A stretch of DNA of 64,000 nt from Mobula hypostoma. Its lineage: Eukaryota. Where the stretch lies: positions 62,994,001-63,058,000 of the forward strand of contig NC_086108.1 of the NCBI RefSeq assembly GCF_963921235.1, read 5' to 3'. The position numbers and the translations under genes were made by a program. Shown here piece after piece: positions 1 through 13,512 of this stretch (positions within the stretch are counted from its first letter, which is position 1; each line of letters starts with the position of its first letter). The notes under the pieces were generated by a model, which ran no database searches, was not told where the DNA came from, and saw only the letters and a list, made by a program, of their open reading frames with translations.

Positions 1-584
1 TCAAAATTTATGAAAGGGAAAGAAAGAGATTAATTTCAAGAAAGTTAAGCTAAGTTTAACTATCTTTTTTTTCTAAAAAGATTGGCTAAAAGATCATTTT
101 CTACTCAAAAGAGCATTGACAATTATTTTTGGATTGTTATATGTACAACTTACTAGTCACACTAACATACCAGGAGCTGTAGATATAATAATATTTATGC
201 AGGGATTCTCTGAAGATTATTTCAAGGATTCCTCCAGGGCAGAAGAATTAAGAAAGGCTGCTCTAGAGAGTGTAGGTAAGTATTTTCAATTTCTTCTCAT
301 AGAACAATTGGCCAACCCAGGAATCAAACCGATGAACCTTTCTTTCATTTACTGTACCACAGTTATTTCAATAAAGCCATGATAATCCAGCAAATTTGGA
401 AACTTTTACTGCTGCTGGACTGGCAGATTTTCTAGACAATTGGATGTTATTTCTCATAATACTACTAACTTTTAATTTGCTTACTTTTTTGATGTTACAC
501 AACATAATAAAGAGTGAACCGGGTGAGATAAAAGGGAATGTAGGAACTGCAGGCCGGGTACCTCAGAAGTTGCACAGTAACAGG

Positions 585-1520
585 GATCCTGGTGATTGGA
601 AAGGCAGTGTAGGAATTGGACCACAATGACTGAAAAGGGAGTGCAAAGGCTGAGGTCCTGGTGAGTGGAAAGGGAGTGTAGGAACTGGTGCTGGAGTGAG
701 TGGAAAGGGGGAGTCGGAACCAAGGTCCCAGTGAGTGGGAGGGGAGAGTAGAAACTTGTGCTGCAGTGAGTTGGAGGGGGGAGTAGAAAGTCGTGCTGGA
801 GTGAGTGGGAGGGGAGAGTCAGAACCAAGGTCCCAGTGAGTGGGAGGGGAGAGTAGAAAGTGGTGCTGGTGTGAGTGGGAGGGGAGAGTAGAAAGTGGTG
901 CTGGAGTGAGTGGAAAGGAAGTGTAGGAACTGGTGCTGGAGTGAGTGGGAGGGGAGAGTAGAAAGTCGTGCTGGAGTGAGTTGGAGGGGGGAGTAGGAAC
1001 CAAGGTCCCAGTGAGTGGGAGGGGAGAGTAGAAACTTGTGCTGCAGTGAGTGGGAGGGGAGAGTAGAAAGTGGTGCTGGAGTGAGTTGGAGGGGGGAGTA
1101 GGAACCAAGGTCCCAGTGAGTGGGAGGGGAGAGTAGGAACTGGTGCTGGAGTGAGTGGGAGGGGAGAGTAGAAAGTGGTGCTGCAGTGAGTGGGAGGGGA
1201 GAGTAGAAATTGGTGCTGGAGTGAGTGGGAGGGGAGAGTAGAAAGTGGTGCTGGAGTGAGTGGGAGGGGAGAGTAGAAAGTGGTGCTGGAGTGAGTGGGA
1301 GGGGAGAGTAGAAGTTGGTGCTGGAGTGAGTGGGAGGGGAGAGTAGAAAGTCGTGCTGGAGTGAGTGGGAGGGGAGAGTAGGAACTGGTGCTGGAGTGAG
1401 TGGGAGGAGAGTGTCAGAACCAAGGTCCCAGTGAGCGGAAGGGAGCCGGGAGGTTAGGGCCTTGATGAGTGGAAAGGCATTGTGGGAACTGGAACCTCAG
1501 TGAGTGAAAAAGGAGTGTAG
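585..1520 (+). repeat. 35-bp purine/G-rich minisatellite
   Basis: Tandem unit GGAGTGAGTGGGAGGGGAGAGTAGAAAGTGGTGCT with a variant unit (...GGAACCAAGGTCCCAGTGAG...). About 25 copies, degenerating at both ends. Confidence 0.95.
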
Positions 1521-3469
1521 CAAACATTACAATGAATCAGATTGGAAACAGATGGCCTTCTGTATCGTGGATGGTGTATCATTGAGGTTGTGCTCTATGT
1601 AGCCTTCCCATATAGGGAGATCAGACCTAATCCAGCTAAGGTCTCAAGTGGGTCTTATGTAATTTTAGCAAGATATTTTTGTTCTTACACCCAGGTCCAT
1701 TTGCACTAAGCACTTCATTTGGCTTCCTAATTCTTGCAGTGCCTAAATGTTATTGCATGATTTGTGTACAAGGAATTCCATGTCTCTCTGAACACCAACA
1801 CCTTTAAGTCTCTCACAATTTAAAAAAACCTCTGCTTTTCTATTTTGCTATCTAAGTAAATGACCTCACATTTATCCTTATTATATATACCATCCACCAT
1901 ATCTTTTGTCCATTTACTTAGCCTGTCTATATTATCTTGAAGACTCTGAATCCTTAGACCTGCCCTCCTAAACACATTTTGTATCAGAGACAACAAATGA
2001 GTACCGTTTTAACAAATCAGAGTAAAGTATTCTGAAAATAAACAATGCATTTTCAGAACCAGGAAGTTAAGAATATAAAAGTGAATACAATGCAAAATCA
2101 GGTAGAAAGAGGAATATAAAGAAGAGAAAGAATGTACAAAGAGAGAAGAAAAAATAGGGAAAGCTTTTAAGGCATAGTTTTGAAGATTTGAATTATGTGG
2201 TATCATGTTCTTTTACTTCCCTAAGGTATTTATTTTTTTGAAATACAGAATATATAGTTGAATTGCCGCTGCATTGCAAAATCCACAGTTCTCTTTCTAG
2301 ACCTCCGTGCATCTGAACACTGTTGCAAAGAATAACATTGACATGCATCTAGTTACCCCTTTAAATAAGTTATTTCTCTTGCTGTCTCTGATCCCTTTCT
2401 TCAACAGCTTCTCAATCCACAATTTTGCGTGCCTTGCTCAAATATCCCTCCAGTCCATCCTGTGAACTTTTGACCTGAACTGACCACGTCCACCTTCTCA
2501 ACCTCAAATGAAAATGCCCATTTACCAGTCACATTCCACAATAGGCATCTCTGCACTCCAACCCGTCATGCTCTCTAGCTACTGTCCCACAGCAAACTCC
2601 TGTTCTTACCAGTTGCCACCAATCACTCTCTTCCCTCATCCCTTCTGATCCCCGACATTCCCCCTTGCTCCTTATCTTCTCTAACCTGCCTTCCCCTAAT
2701 CGAAGACTTGGACTGACTTTAGTTTCTTTGCGACAGTGGAACCTGAGGGGAGAGGGTTTTCATCATTGATTCAGTTTCAAATGTGGTTTGGACCTTAAAG
2801 GGGCCACTGAATTTCTCAGTGACAGATTCCTCAATTCAGATGTTTGCCAAGTTCTATTACGATTATAGGAGGATACCAATTTCTATCTGATAGTTAAAAA
2901 TATCCAGTGATGATTAAATTTATGCAGGGATTTCATACAACACCAGCTAAACCAAAGCTCGAGAAGGTTCTAATCAACATATTGCATGACAAAATGTCCA
3001 TAGACCAATACAGCATAGGAACAGACTTTTCAATCGACAATGTTGCGCCAAACTAAATAAATTAGTAATCAAGTGCCCGAGTAATCTAATCCCTTCTACC
3101 TACACAATGCCCATATCTTTCATTCCTACACATTTATGTGCATACCTAAGAACCTCTGAATGCCCCTATAGTATTAACCTCCATCACCACCCCAGGCAGT
3201 GCATTCCAGCCATTCACCATTTTGTGTAAAGCAGTTGCTCCGCACACCTCCTTTGAATTTATCCCTGCCCACCCCAAATGCGTGCCCTCTGGTATTAGAC
3301 ATTTGAACACTGGGACAAATCTACTGGCTGTCTACTCAGTCTGTGCTTCTCATAACCTCTATCAGATCTCCCATCATCCTCTGCTGCTCCAGAGAAAACT
3401 ACCCAAGTTTGTCCGTTGTCTCCTTACAGCACATGCCCTCTAATCCAGGTATACTTCTTCTGAACTCTA

Positions 3470-4845
3470 GAACATAGAACATAGAATAGTACAGCACAGT
3501 ACAGGCCCTTCGGCCCACAATGTTGTGCCGACCCTTAAACCCTGCTTCCCATATAACCCCCCACCTTAAATTCCTCCATATTCTTGTCTAGTAGTCTCTT
3601 AAATTTCACTAGTGTATCTGCCTCCACCACTGACTCAGGCAGTGCATTCCATGCACCAACCACTCTCTGAGTAAAAAACCTTCCTCTAATAACCCCCTTG
3701 AACTTCCCACCCCTTACCTTAAAGCCATGTCCTCTTGTATTGAGCAGTGGTGCCCTGGGGAAGAGGCACTGGCTGTCCACTCTATCTATTCCTCTTAATG
3801 TCTTGTATACCTCTATCACGTCTCCCCTCATCCTCCTTCTCTCCAGAGAGTAAAGCCCTAGCTCCCTTAATCTCTGATTATAATGCATACTCTATAAACC
3901 AGGCAGCATCCTGGTAAATCTCCTCTGTACCCTTTCCAATGCTTTCACATCCTTCCTATAGTGAGGTGACCAGAACTGGACACAGTGGCCTAACCAGAGT
4001 TTTATAGAGCTGTATCATTACCCCACGACTCTTAAACTCTATCCCTTTACTTATGAAAGCTAACACCCCAGAAGTTTTCTTAACTACCCAATCTAGCTGT
4101 GAGGCAACTTTCAGAGATCTGTGGACATGTACCCCAAGATCCCTCTGCTCCTCTACACTACCATGCTATTTACTTTGTACTCTGCCTTGGAGTTTGTCCT
4201 TCCAAAGTATACCACCTCACACTTCTCCGGGTTGAACTCCATCTGCCACTTCTCAGCCCACTTCTGCATCCTATCAATGTCTTTCTGCAATCTTCGACAA
4301 TCCTCTACACTATCTACAACACACCAACCTTTGTGTCGTCTGCAAACTTGCTAACCCACCCTTCTACGCCCACATCCAGGTCGTTAATAAAAATCACGAA
4401 AAGTAGAGGTCCCAAAACTGATCCTTGTGGGATATCACTAGTCACAAGCCTCCAATCCGAATGTAGTCCATCCACCATGACCCTCTGCTTTCTGCAGACA
4501 AGGCCATTCTGAATCCACCTGGCCAAACTTCCCTGGATCCCATGCCTTCTGACTTTCTGAATAAGCCTGCCGTGTGGAACCTTGTCAAATGCCTTACTAA
4601 AATCCATGTAGATCACATCCACTACACTACCCTCATCAATTTGCCTGATCACCTCCTCCAAAGAACATATCAGGCTTGTTAGACACGATCTTCTCTTCAC
4701 AAAGCCATGCTGACTGTCCCTGATCAGACCATGATTCTCTGAATGCCCATAGATCCTATCTCTAAGAATCTTTTCCAATAGCTTTCCCACCACAGTCGTA
4801 AGGCTCACTGGTCTATAATTATCGGCAGTATCCCTACTACCTTTA
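3470..4845 (-). mobile_element. CR1 LINE, 5'-truncated, younger copy
   Basis: Minus-strand ORF pieces NYRPVSLT...[11 protein letters not shown]...PQGSVLGP...KFADDTK and LGLYSLERRRMRGD. The tail reads (AGAACAT)n on the + strand. Confidence 0.95.
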
Positions 4846-5313
4846 TTGACTGTCTTCAAAGCTTTCGTATCATTCATATAATGGGTGGCCAGAAATGAAT
4901 GCAATACTCCAGATGTGGCTTAACTAGAGTTTATAAAGCTGTAACATAACTTCCCAACTCCTTAACTCAGTTCATTGATCAATAATGGCAAGCATGCTGT
5001 ATGCCTTCTTTACCACTCTATCAACCAGTGTCGCCACTTTCAGGAAACTTGGACCTTAATATTCCTTTGCTGAACAACACCTTTAAAAGGTTTTGCCATT
5101 ACAGTGTTCTGTCTCATTACATTTGATCTCCTTATTGCAATACTTGCCATTTTGAAGTCCACCTGCCATTTCTCTACCTATATCTGAAATAGATTTGTAT
5201 TACACTGTGTATTTTGCCAGTCTTCTATGCTATCCACAACACTGCCAATTATTGTATCATGTGCAAACTTACTATACCACCGTCTATGTTTTTATCCAGG
5301 TCATTTATATATA

Positions 5314-5952
5314 CAGACATCCCACCTCTCCCAGAACTTCCAGGACCCTCCCGCATATTAATAGTGGCTCCCTGATGCCTGCAAATTATATGCAATATCA
5401 GGGAAATCAATTTTTTTGAGAGTGAGCAAGAGAAAAGCAAGAGAGAGTGTGAGAGCGATCACGAGAGAGAGTGCGCGTGAAAGAGGGAGCAAGAGAGAAA
5501 GCAAGCGAGAACGTGTGAGCGAGAAAGCGAGAGAGAGCGAGAGTGCTTGAGAGCGCACGAGTGACCACGAGAGAGAGAGAGAGAGAGCGAGAGAGCGAGA
5601 GCGAGAGCGCGCCATGGCGGAGTGTTCCAAAAAATATATAAAACGTACGTCACCCCAGACTACACTAAAATGTACCCCTGCCTAATAGGGGTCAAAATAA
5701 TGACAGTGTTGCTCGCTGCACTGTTTTCAGCAGTGACTTTTCTATTGCCCATGGTGGGTTAAGACTGTAAAAGACATGTTGAGGTGAGTTTAACAGGTGT
5801 CATTCGTTCACTAGCATAGCTAACGTTATTTAAACTAGCTGGCTAGCTGCTAAGGAGCTACTCTATTGCAGACATCCCACCTCTCCCGGAAGTCTCCCAC
5901 AAATTGATGGTGCTACCTCCCTGAAAGGAGTTTTTGCAGGGTGGGATGTCTG
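5314..5952. mobile_element. Non-autonomous DNA transposon (probably hAT-like) containing a GA-rich microsatellite
   Basis: 13-bp TIRs CAGACATCCCACC / GGTGGGATGTCTG. Flanks TATATATA / TATATATC fit an 8-bp or TA TSD. (GA/GC)n tract at about 5420-5610. Interrupts the CR1 RT region. Confidence 0.8.
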
Positions 5953-8692
5953 TATATATCACCTGCAGAGGTCCAAGTATGGATCATTGTGGAACACCAC
6001 AAGTCACAGACCTCCAGCCGGAATAAGCCCCATCAACCACTATCCTCTTTCTTCTATGGGTAAACCAGTTCTGATTTTAAATGGCCTTTTCACTGTGGAT
6101 CACTGGATCAGCCTCCCATGTAGGGCATTGCCAATGCCTTACAATCCATGTAGATAACACTCACAGCTCTACCTTAATTATCTTCATCATCTCCTTGAAA
6201 AACTCAGTTAAGTTAGTAAGGCATGATTTGCTTCACACAAAGCAATACTGACTGTTGCCAATTAGGTCATGGTTTTCCAATTGCTCATAAATCCTATTCC
6301 TAGGAATCCTCACCAGTACTTCTCTCATTGACATGAGACTCACCAGTCTAGTTTCCAGGATTATCCCTGTTTACTTTCTTGAATAATGGAACAAGATTTG
6401 CTACTCGACAGTCCTCTGATACCACACTTGTGGCTAGAGAGGAATCAAACATATTAGTCAAGGCCCCAGCTATCTCATCTCTTGCCTCTCTCAGGAACCA
6501 AGGGTATATCCCATCAGGCACTGAGGAATTATCCACCTTAATGTTCTTCAATATTCTTTAAGAGGCAATAAGATGTGATTGCACTGAAATGCCTGAACAT
6601 CAGTTTTGTTGTGGATTTACAAGAATGTTGCCAAAATGGCAAGATGTATAAAATTATGAAAGGCCCAGACATACAAAATAGGAAGAATCTATTTCCTTTA
6701 GCACAGAGTCAAAAACGAGGTAGAATAGATTTAAAAGGAAAATGAGGGAAATATTTTTAAAAATGGGATGGAAGGGACTTACTGCCTGAAAAGGTGGTGA
6801 GTAATAAATGATATATATTTAATAACTATTCTGACATGTCCCAAGAGCCTTCATTTCCAAGTCTACCAGGTGGTGGGCAGTGGGATAGGGTTAGGTAGTC
6901 CTTCTTCAACTGGAATTAATACAATGGCCAATGTCTCCTTTGGATTTATATATTTTGTATGACTATTCAATGAAAAAATGGGACATTGTACTTGTAATAG
7001 TTAATTTCAATGCAGTAATTAAAAATAATCTTGTTGTTAAAGATATTCTTAAATTAAAATGGACAAGCCCTTACATCTTGTGTCTGATTTACTTTGTATG
7101 CACGAACAAGCAGAGGAACTTAATGCTATTCTGCGTAGTTGAATAATGAGTCACATGGCATGACAGCAAAGCGCAGGGTAGAACCTTTCTACTGAAAACA
7201 ACGTTTGCATTTTCTTATTTGAATATTGATCTGCACTCATCTGAAGTTATGGCTTAATATTTATTCTCAATTAATTCTACTAATTGCCAAATGCAAAAGG
7301 TTCTTAGTTGTAATGCACACTTTAGGTGTGATTTTTAATGTTCCTGTCACACAGGTTTGCAAAACCTAACAATTCAAGGTCATGTTTTGTTTCAAAGTGC
7401 CCCAAGGCAGTGGTGATAAATGCTTGGAATTAATTTACTGCAATCAGAGGCATGTCTGATCAAGCTGGTTTTCAAACTGCTTTTGATCAGCTTCAGGCGT
7501 AGTCAGCCTTAATGCATCACTAACAATCACACCTTTGTAAAATGATCTGCAAAATAGAGCTGCTCTGTACATGAACTGATGGGCTTGTATTATCCTGGTC
7601 ATGTAAATAAAACTGTGTATTGATTGAAGTAGCAAGGGTTTGAAAAATGATAGGGCAACAATTGAAGATCACTGGTCATGAGACTTTAATGATGAGACCA
7701 TTGAGCAAATCTTAGTTCTGCTGTGGATTTTAAAATTCAGTAAATTCAAGTGCTGAAAATGATTTAGATAAATTCATTATTTCTTAGTGCTTTTTATTTA
7801 ATAGTTGATTGTGTGAGTGACCTGTATCTTGTATCTGCTGGACAGATGATAACTACAATAACCATATTTCAGGTGAGCAATGAGGCAAATAGAAATTATA
7901 GTTATTCTCCATCCATTTAGAGCTTGTAATTGTGTTTAATCTTAGCAAAATTAAATGTATGCCTTTAGAACAGAATTTACTTTTTTTTTTACCATGGAAA
8001 CATTCAGAAATCCAGTAGAATGTTTACAGTAGTTAGTAACTTAAGTCCTTAAAAGAACTCCTGGGGGTATTTAGCTCTGAACAGCACTGTTAAAGTTATG
8101 GTGCTGTTGTAAGATGGAATAAAATAGCTAGCATGTAGAGACATCACTGTCAACCATTTGGTTGGTGTGGTGGCGGGGATCAGGGAATGAAATGTCTCGG
8201 TCAGGTTCATTCCTGAACTTTGGAGGTAGGTGAGCCACTAAAATTATACGTCCAGGAATGACAGTCGAATACTCTGAGAAATCCCCTTATTCTCAACCTA
8301 ATCCTGAAGAAAATAACTTATGCATCTGCTATCGTCAAAGTACATTAAAACGTGTCAAAACTTAAAAATACCATAGAAATGTGAACTCTGTCATTCTGTA
8401 GTTCAAAATTGTAGAAATTTTCTCTCAGTTTACTCAATAGTAATGAAGAGTGGGGTATACTGGAAAGCTAAGCAAAAATACCCAGTGACCACTTTATTAG
8501 GTACCTCCTGTACCTAATCTGGGTTACTATTGCCTTCTTGTTAGTTTGAACCTGTTTGACATTCTCCTCTGACCTATCTCATTAACAAAGCATTTTCACC
8601 CATAGATCTGCCACTCACTGATTTTTTTTTTGTTTTTGCACCACTCTCTGTGAACTCTAGAGACTGTTGTGCATGAAAATCCCAGGAGATCA

Positions 8693-9603
8693 TCATAGAA
8701 TAGTACAGCACAGTACAGGCCCTTCAGCCCACAATGTTGTGCCGACCCTTAAACCATGCCTCCCATCTCACCCCCACCTTAAATTCCTCCATAGACCTGT
8801 CAGGTAGTCTCTTAGATTTCACTAGTGTATCTGCCTCCACCACTCACTCAGGCAGTACATTCTATGCACCAACCACTCTCTGAGTAAAAAACCTTCCTCT
8901 AATATCCTCCTTGAACTTTCCACCCTTACCTTAAAGCCATGTCCTCTTGTACTGAGCAGTGATGCCATGGGGAAGAGGCACTGGCTGTCCACTCTATCTG
9001 TTCCTCTTAATATCTTGTATACCTCTATCATGTCTCCTTTCATCCTCCTTCTCTCCAAAGAGTAAAGCCCTAGCTCTGTTAGTATCTGATCATAATGCAT
9101 ACTCTCTAAAGCAGGCTGCATCCTGGTAAATCTCCTCTGTATCCTTTCCAATGCTCCCACATCCTTCCTATAGTGAGGCGACCAGAATTGGACACAGTAC
9201 TCCAAGTGTGGCCTAATCAGAGTTTTATAGAGCTGCATCATTACATCACGACTCTTAAACTCTATCCCTGAACTTATGAAAGCTAACACCCCATAAGCTT
9301 TCTTAACTACCCTATCTACCTGTGAGGCAACTTTCTGGGATCTGTGAACATGTACTCCCAGATTCCTCTGCTCCTCCACACTACCAAGTATCCTGCCATT
9401 TACTTTGTTCTCTGCCTTGGAGTTTGTCCTTCCAAAGTGTACCACCTCACACTTCTCCGGGTTGAACTCCATCTGCCACTTCTCAGCCCACTTCTGCATC
9501 CTATCAATGTCTCTCTGTAACCTTCAACAATCCTCGACACTATCCACAACACCATCAACCTTTGTGTCGTCTGCAAACTTGCCAACCCACCCTTCTACCC
9601 CCG
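8693..9603 (-). mobile_element. CR1 LINE 3' portion (same subfamily as 3470-4845)
   Basis: ORF 8822-9499 WQMEFNPEKC...RPHLEYCVQFWSP...LYSLERRR. Nearly the same 3' UTR as the copy at 3470. Confidence 0.95.
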
Positions 9604-9797
9604 CATCAGTTTCTGAGGTGTTCATACCACCCTAAATAACACCAATAATCACTTTACAGTCAAAGTAATTTCGATCACATTTCTTCCCCTTTCAGATGTT
9701 TGGTCTGAATAACACTTGAATATCTTGACCACGTCTACATGCTTTTATGATTGAGTTGCTGTCACGTGATGGGCTGATTAGATAGTTGCATTAAAAC

Positions 9798-10147
9798 GTG
9801 CACCACACTTAACAAGTTTAAATATTATTTTAAAATAATTTAATGAACAAATATAAAATACATGATTTAAAATAAATGGGAGTAATGTAAATAAATAATA
9901 CTTGAAAGTGGATTTTGTGTTGAAAGATTAGGAAATTTTTGTTTGGATGAGATGATTGACGCCAAATATGTTGTTGTATAAGTAAGAGGGGTAGGTGTAA
10001 TAAGCTGTAACTTCAGCCTACACCCTTTTGGTCTGTTTTAAAGAATATCTATTTTTTTTGTTGTATTTTTGTCTTATGAAATTATTGTTGAAAATGATGC
10101 TTTTTGTTATGTTTGTACTGACCGAAATAAATTTCATTCATTCATTC
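9798..10147 (+). mobile_element. 3' end of a LINE (clade uncertain) with (TTCA)n tail
   Basis: Stem-loop GGGGTAGG...CCTACACCC, then AATAAA and TTCATTCATTCATTC. AAAAC repeated on both sides as a probable TSD. Confidence 0.65.
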
Positions 10148-11313
10148 AAAACAGATATACAGATGTAACTAATAAAGTGGCCACCAAGTTTATTGCTTAT
10201 TTTCACCACTGCAAAATCATAACTTTCTCCATTGCTTGTGTTTCTCCAGTAGTGTCATTTTGCAGAGGTTCATGATCATTATGAAATTTTCAAAACTGAA
10301 GTCCTGTCAGAAGCACAACCTATCATTTGGTAGAAGCAACATCCAAGGCCAGAAAAGGAGAGTGATATTGAGCATGAAAATAAAGGTTGATTGAAAATTG
10401 CTTTACCTTCTGATCTAAAAGACATTATGTCTCAATAAAGTTTTAGGCATTTACCACTCCTTATACATTTTGAAGCTTTATTTCTCGGTTTATAAATTGT
10501 TGATGGGGATATTATAGGCTAAATTAGATAGCCCCCACAGTTTATCCTGCTGAAGCAGCCTCTGCTCTTTCTACCAGTCATGCAACAGCCCAAGAAAAAT
10601 GCCTATTAATGCGATCATGTGGAAGTCTTGAAGGAAAGACTGCTTCTTTGTACAAGCGCACCCATTCGCCATTTAAAATCTAATAAAAACTAACCTCCAG
10701 GTTGTTAGAAATGCTTTCTATCTAACACTAGTGAGATTTTCTTCCTATTGCTGAGGATATGTTCAGTTGTTGGAGGCTCTCGCTGCAATGCTGAGCTCCA
10801 ATTTGCATTTCCAGTGTCAAATAGCACTACTGGATCAGCCTATTCTGCATATTTCAGCCAATGCCCTTTAACAGTACGGCAGCCAATGCATTTGAGGCCA
10901 CAAATATGCACCTGTGATTTTTTGTCTTGTCACTGGTAGTACACATGTAGCAGATGTGATGTGGCTGAATTATGTATCTACGGTATTTACAGTATTTAAA
11001 AATAGATGAAAAGTTACAAATGTATGACAGGTGAATAAGTAATTAAAGGTGTTTGAATGCGTTACTCTGAAATGAATTATGCTATAGTGTAACGTAACCT
11101 GAAGCCATATTGTATAGTCGCTCAGATTGGAAACAGTTGGCCTTTGTAACTTTGGAGCTGTTAATACTCTTGAAGACAGTATTGTGCATATGTGTGGCTT
11201 AGAGCAAAGCTGCAATCTGCTTCAAGTATACCACTTATCTTCAGAAGTTAGAGAATGCCACTTAAATGATGTGCCCTTCCACTTTTACCCATTGTGACTG
11301 TGCATGGCTGAAT

Positions 11314-11520
11314 CAGTCAAGTCAAGTTTATTGTCATTTAACTATATGCATGTGTATAACGCATACCATAACCATATAATGTATATAGAAATGAGGCAAC
11401 ATTTTTCTGAACCAGGGTATAAAGCACAGTAGTACACATAACACCTGATAACATATGAAGGTAAGGATAAGATCTACAGATGAATCGCACATAAATAACA
11501 AACGAAAGTGCATCACTGCC
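11314..11520 (-). mobile_element. Rex1/L2-like LINE 3' tail fragment
   Basis: AGTCAAGTCAAGTTTATTGTC is the reverse complement of an AATAAA plus (CTTGA)n tail. Resembles other tails in the window such as 62215. Confidence 0.55.
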
Positions 11521-13512
11521 CCAAGAGGTCTTTTGAAATCTAAATGTTGTATTTTACAGCCCCCTTCCTTCAACAGTGTGCAGGACAATAACGATATTAT
11601 TTTAGTTAACAGAGCTTTGATATGATATCTACCCAGGATAGGGAGGTGGTCAGAAATACTAAAATATCTTTCATATAATGTGGATCATAAATGCCTGTCA
11701 TGTAGGCAGAGTGCCAATATCATGCCAGAAATTTCCAAAGTGTTCTTTTTGTGCACCTCCTTCCACATAGTTTAACTCCTCTGATAACAGACCCACCAAC
11801 CAGCTTGGACATGCGTCCGCCAAAATCCTAAGCTCTCTGACAGTAATGCTGCTGAATGCCGAGTGTTCTGGTCAGAACTGCTGATGTTTGCCAGCACCTT
11901 TTGGGAGAAAGAACTATGGCCCAGGGGCTGATTCTGTGCAATAGTCCATAGACTCGTCTTCTTGCATGCAATTTGGTAACATTCTAAAAAACTTTGTTTA
12001 AATTATCATCAGATGTTCAAGTTGCCACTTCAGAATTCTGTTAACCATTTACAGCCTTAAAACCTGTTGGTTTAAAGAGATAAGCTGTTGGTTTGTTGAC
12101 CTTGATGGCAATTATTAATTTTCACTCATAGAATTTATGGCAGAAAATTAATTAGAGATGAATGGTTGAGAATGCGGCTATGCGCCAGCAAATCTGAGCA
12201 CATTACTGCCTTAATTTTGAGCCTGATGACTGAAAATGTAAAGGTAAATTAAATGTAGTTGGTAAGATAGTTGAGCAGAGCAAAACAAGGTAATTGTTTT
12301 AAAGATATCAAGTCTATTAATTCCACCGTGCAGCATACAATGTTGTGTTGCACAGAAGGTACCAGTTATACACAGTGAGGTGCAGTTTTTGATGTCACTT
12401 GAACAGAAATAGTTCTGCGTTTACCACAGCAATGTAGACCTTAACCAGAACACCGAGACCTGCTTCAGCATTAATTTATAAAGGGCTGATATTAGCTGGT
12501 TTGCTGTCAGGAGTCTGAGGTGTCCATTGTCTTCTAGGTAAATTCACCTTTAAGTTCCTTTCTTAGTTTTTGTTTCCTCTCCATTGCTTTACATTTGGTG
12601 TCATTTTGTCATATTCCTCTGCTAATATCTTGCTCATATTTATTTCTCTGCCTAACCTCATGATGTTGTCGCAAAGCTACATCAGATTTAATGACCTGGC
12701 ACAATTGGTCAAAGTCGGAGGACACATCTTCAAATGCTTTATCCAAACAGTAGCTTCACTAAATTGATGCACTGCTTATTCATCTCACTAAACTCACTGC
12801 ATATACTTACCAATCAAAATACTCTGTCACACATGATAGCTAACGTTTGCAGGCTCTACCGTACCGAGGCAGTTAGAAGTGCTGGAAGCTAGTCATTGGC
12901 ACATGACAGCTGCAAGTTTTGTAAGTTAACCAAGATGGATATTCTAACACTCAAACGTTGGACATTAAATATCCATATTTTATGCTGGCAATTCTTAAGG
13001 CAATGTCATGTTCATTCTAGTTAGCATAGGGTAATTATATATCAATTAGCCTCAATGATCCTGAGTAACTCATGTTAGAAAATGAATATCTGCAAGTCGA
13101 ATGAGGTCAAGTTGTTTGTTCACTGCTGCACGCAACGAGTGTCAATTTGGGAGAAGTATTGGAAGATTGCCAGTGTTCTCCAAAATATACATCAGCATGT
13201 AACAGCACCTTTACGAAAGAATGTTGAAAAACAAAAATAACAAAGCGACCAGTTAATTACTATTTTTTGACAATTCTAATTTTACTTATGTACACACAAA
13301 TGATGAATGATACTAACATTTCTTGTCATTGTGAACAGTTGCATGGTTATTCAGATACTGCAACTGAGTACATAAGAAATTGTAACAAGACTGGACCCTT
13401 TGTGTTTCTGAGCCATACAGTGAGACCATAGAAGAATTTGATCTTCAGACGTATCTTCACTTGGCTGTCTAGCTTCCATATTTGATTATCCCATTGTCCA
13501 AATGTCTTTCTA

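Larger units (their letters stand above)
3000..6560 (-). mobile_element. Older CR1 LINE, fragmented by two nested insertions (3470-4845 and 5314-5952)
   Basis: 3' tail near 3000-3460. RT remnants at 4845-5313 and 5953-6560. ORF 6348-6551 (PDGIYPWFLREARDEIAGAL...ANLVPLFKK) is typical CR1 ORF2. Confidence 0.8.
8481..10190. mobile_element. Tc1/mariner-type non-autonomous element with two nested insertions
   Basis: Imperfect TIRs CCAGTGACCACTTTATTAGGTAC ... GTAACTAATAAAGTGGCCACCAAG, with TA on the left. Confidence 0.75.

Noticed and set aside
563..1423. 286-aa Ser/Pro/His/Leu-rich ORF on the minus strand
   Set aside because: It is a by-product of the 35-bp minisatellite. The 35-aa periodicity equals three units, and the strand simply lacks stops.
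585..1520. Possible CRISPR-like array
   Set aside because: The units are directly tandem with no unique spacers, there are no cas genes, and the context is vertebrate.
5358..5653. Ser/Leu/Arg-rich ORFs
   Set aside because: These are translations of the GA microsatellite.
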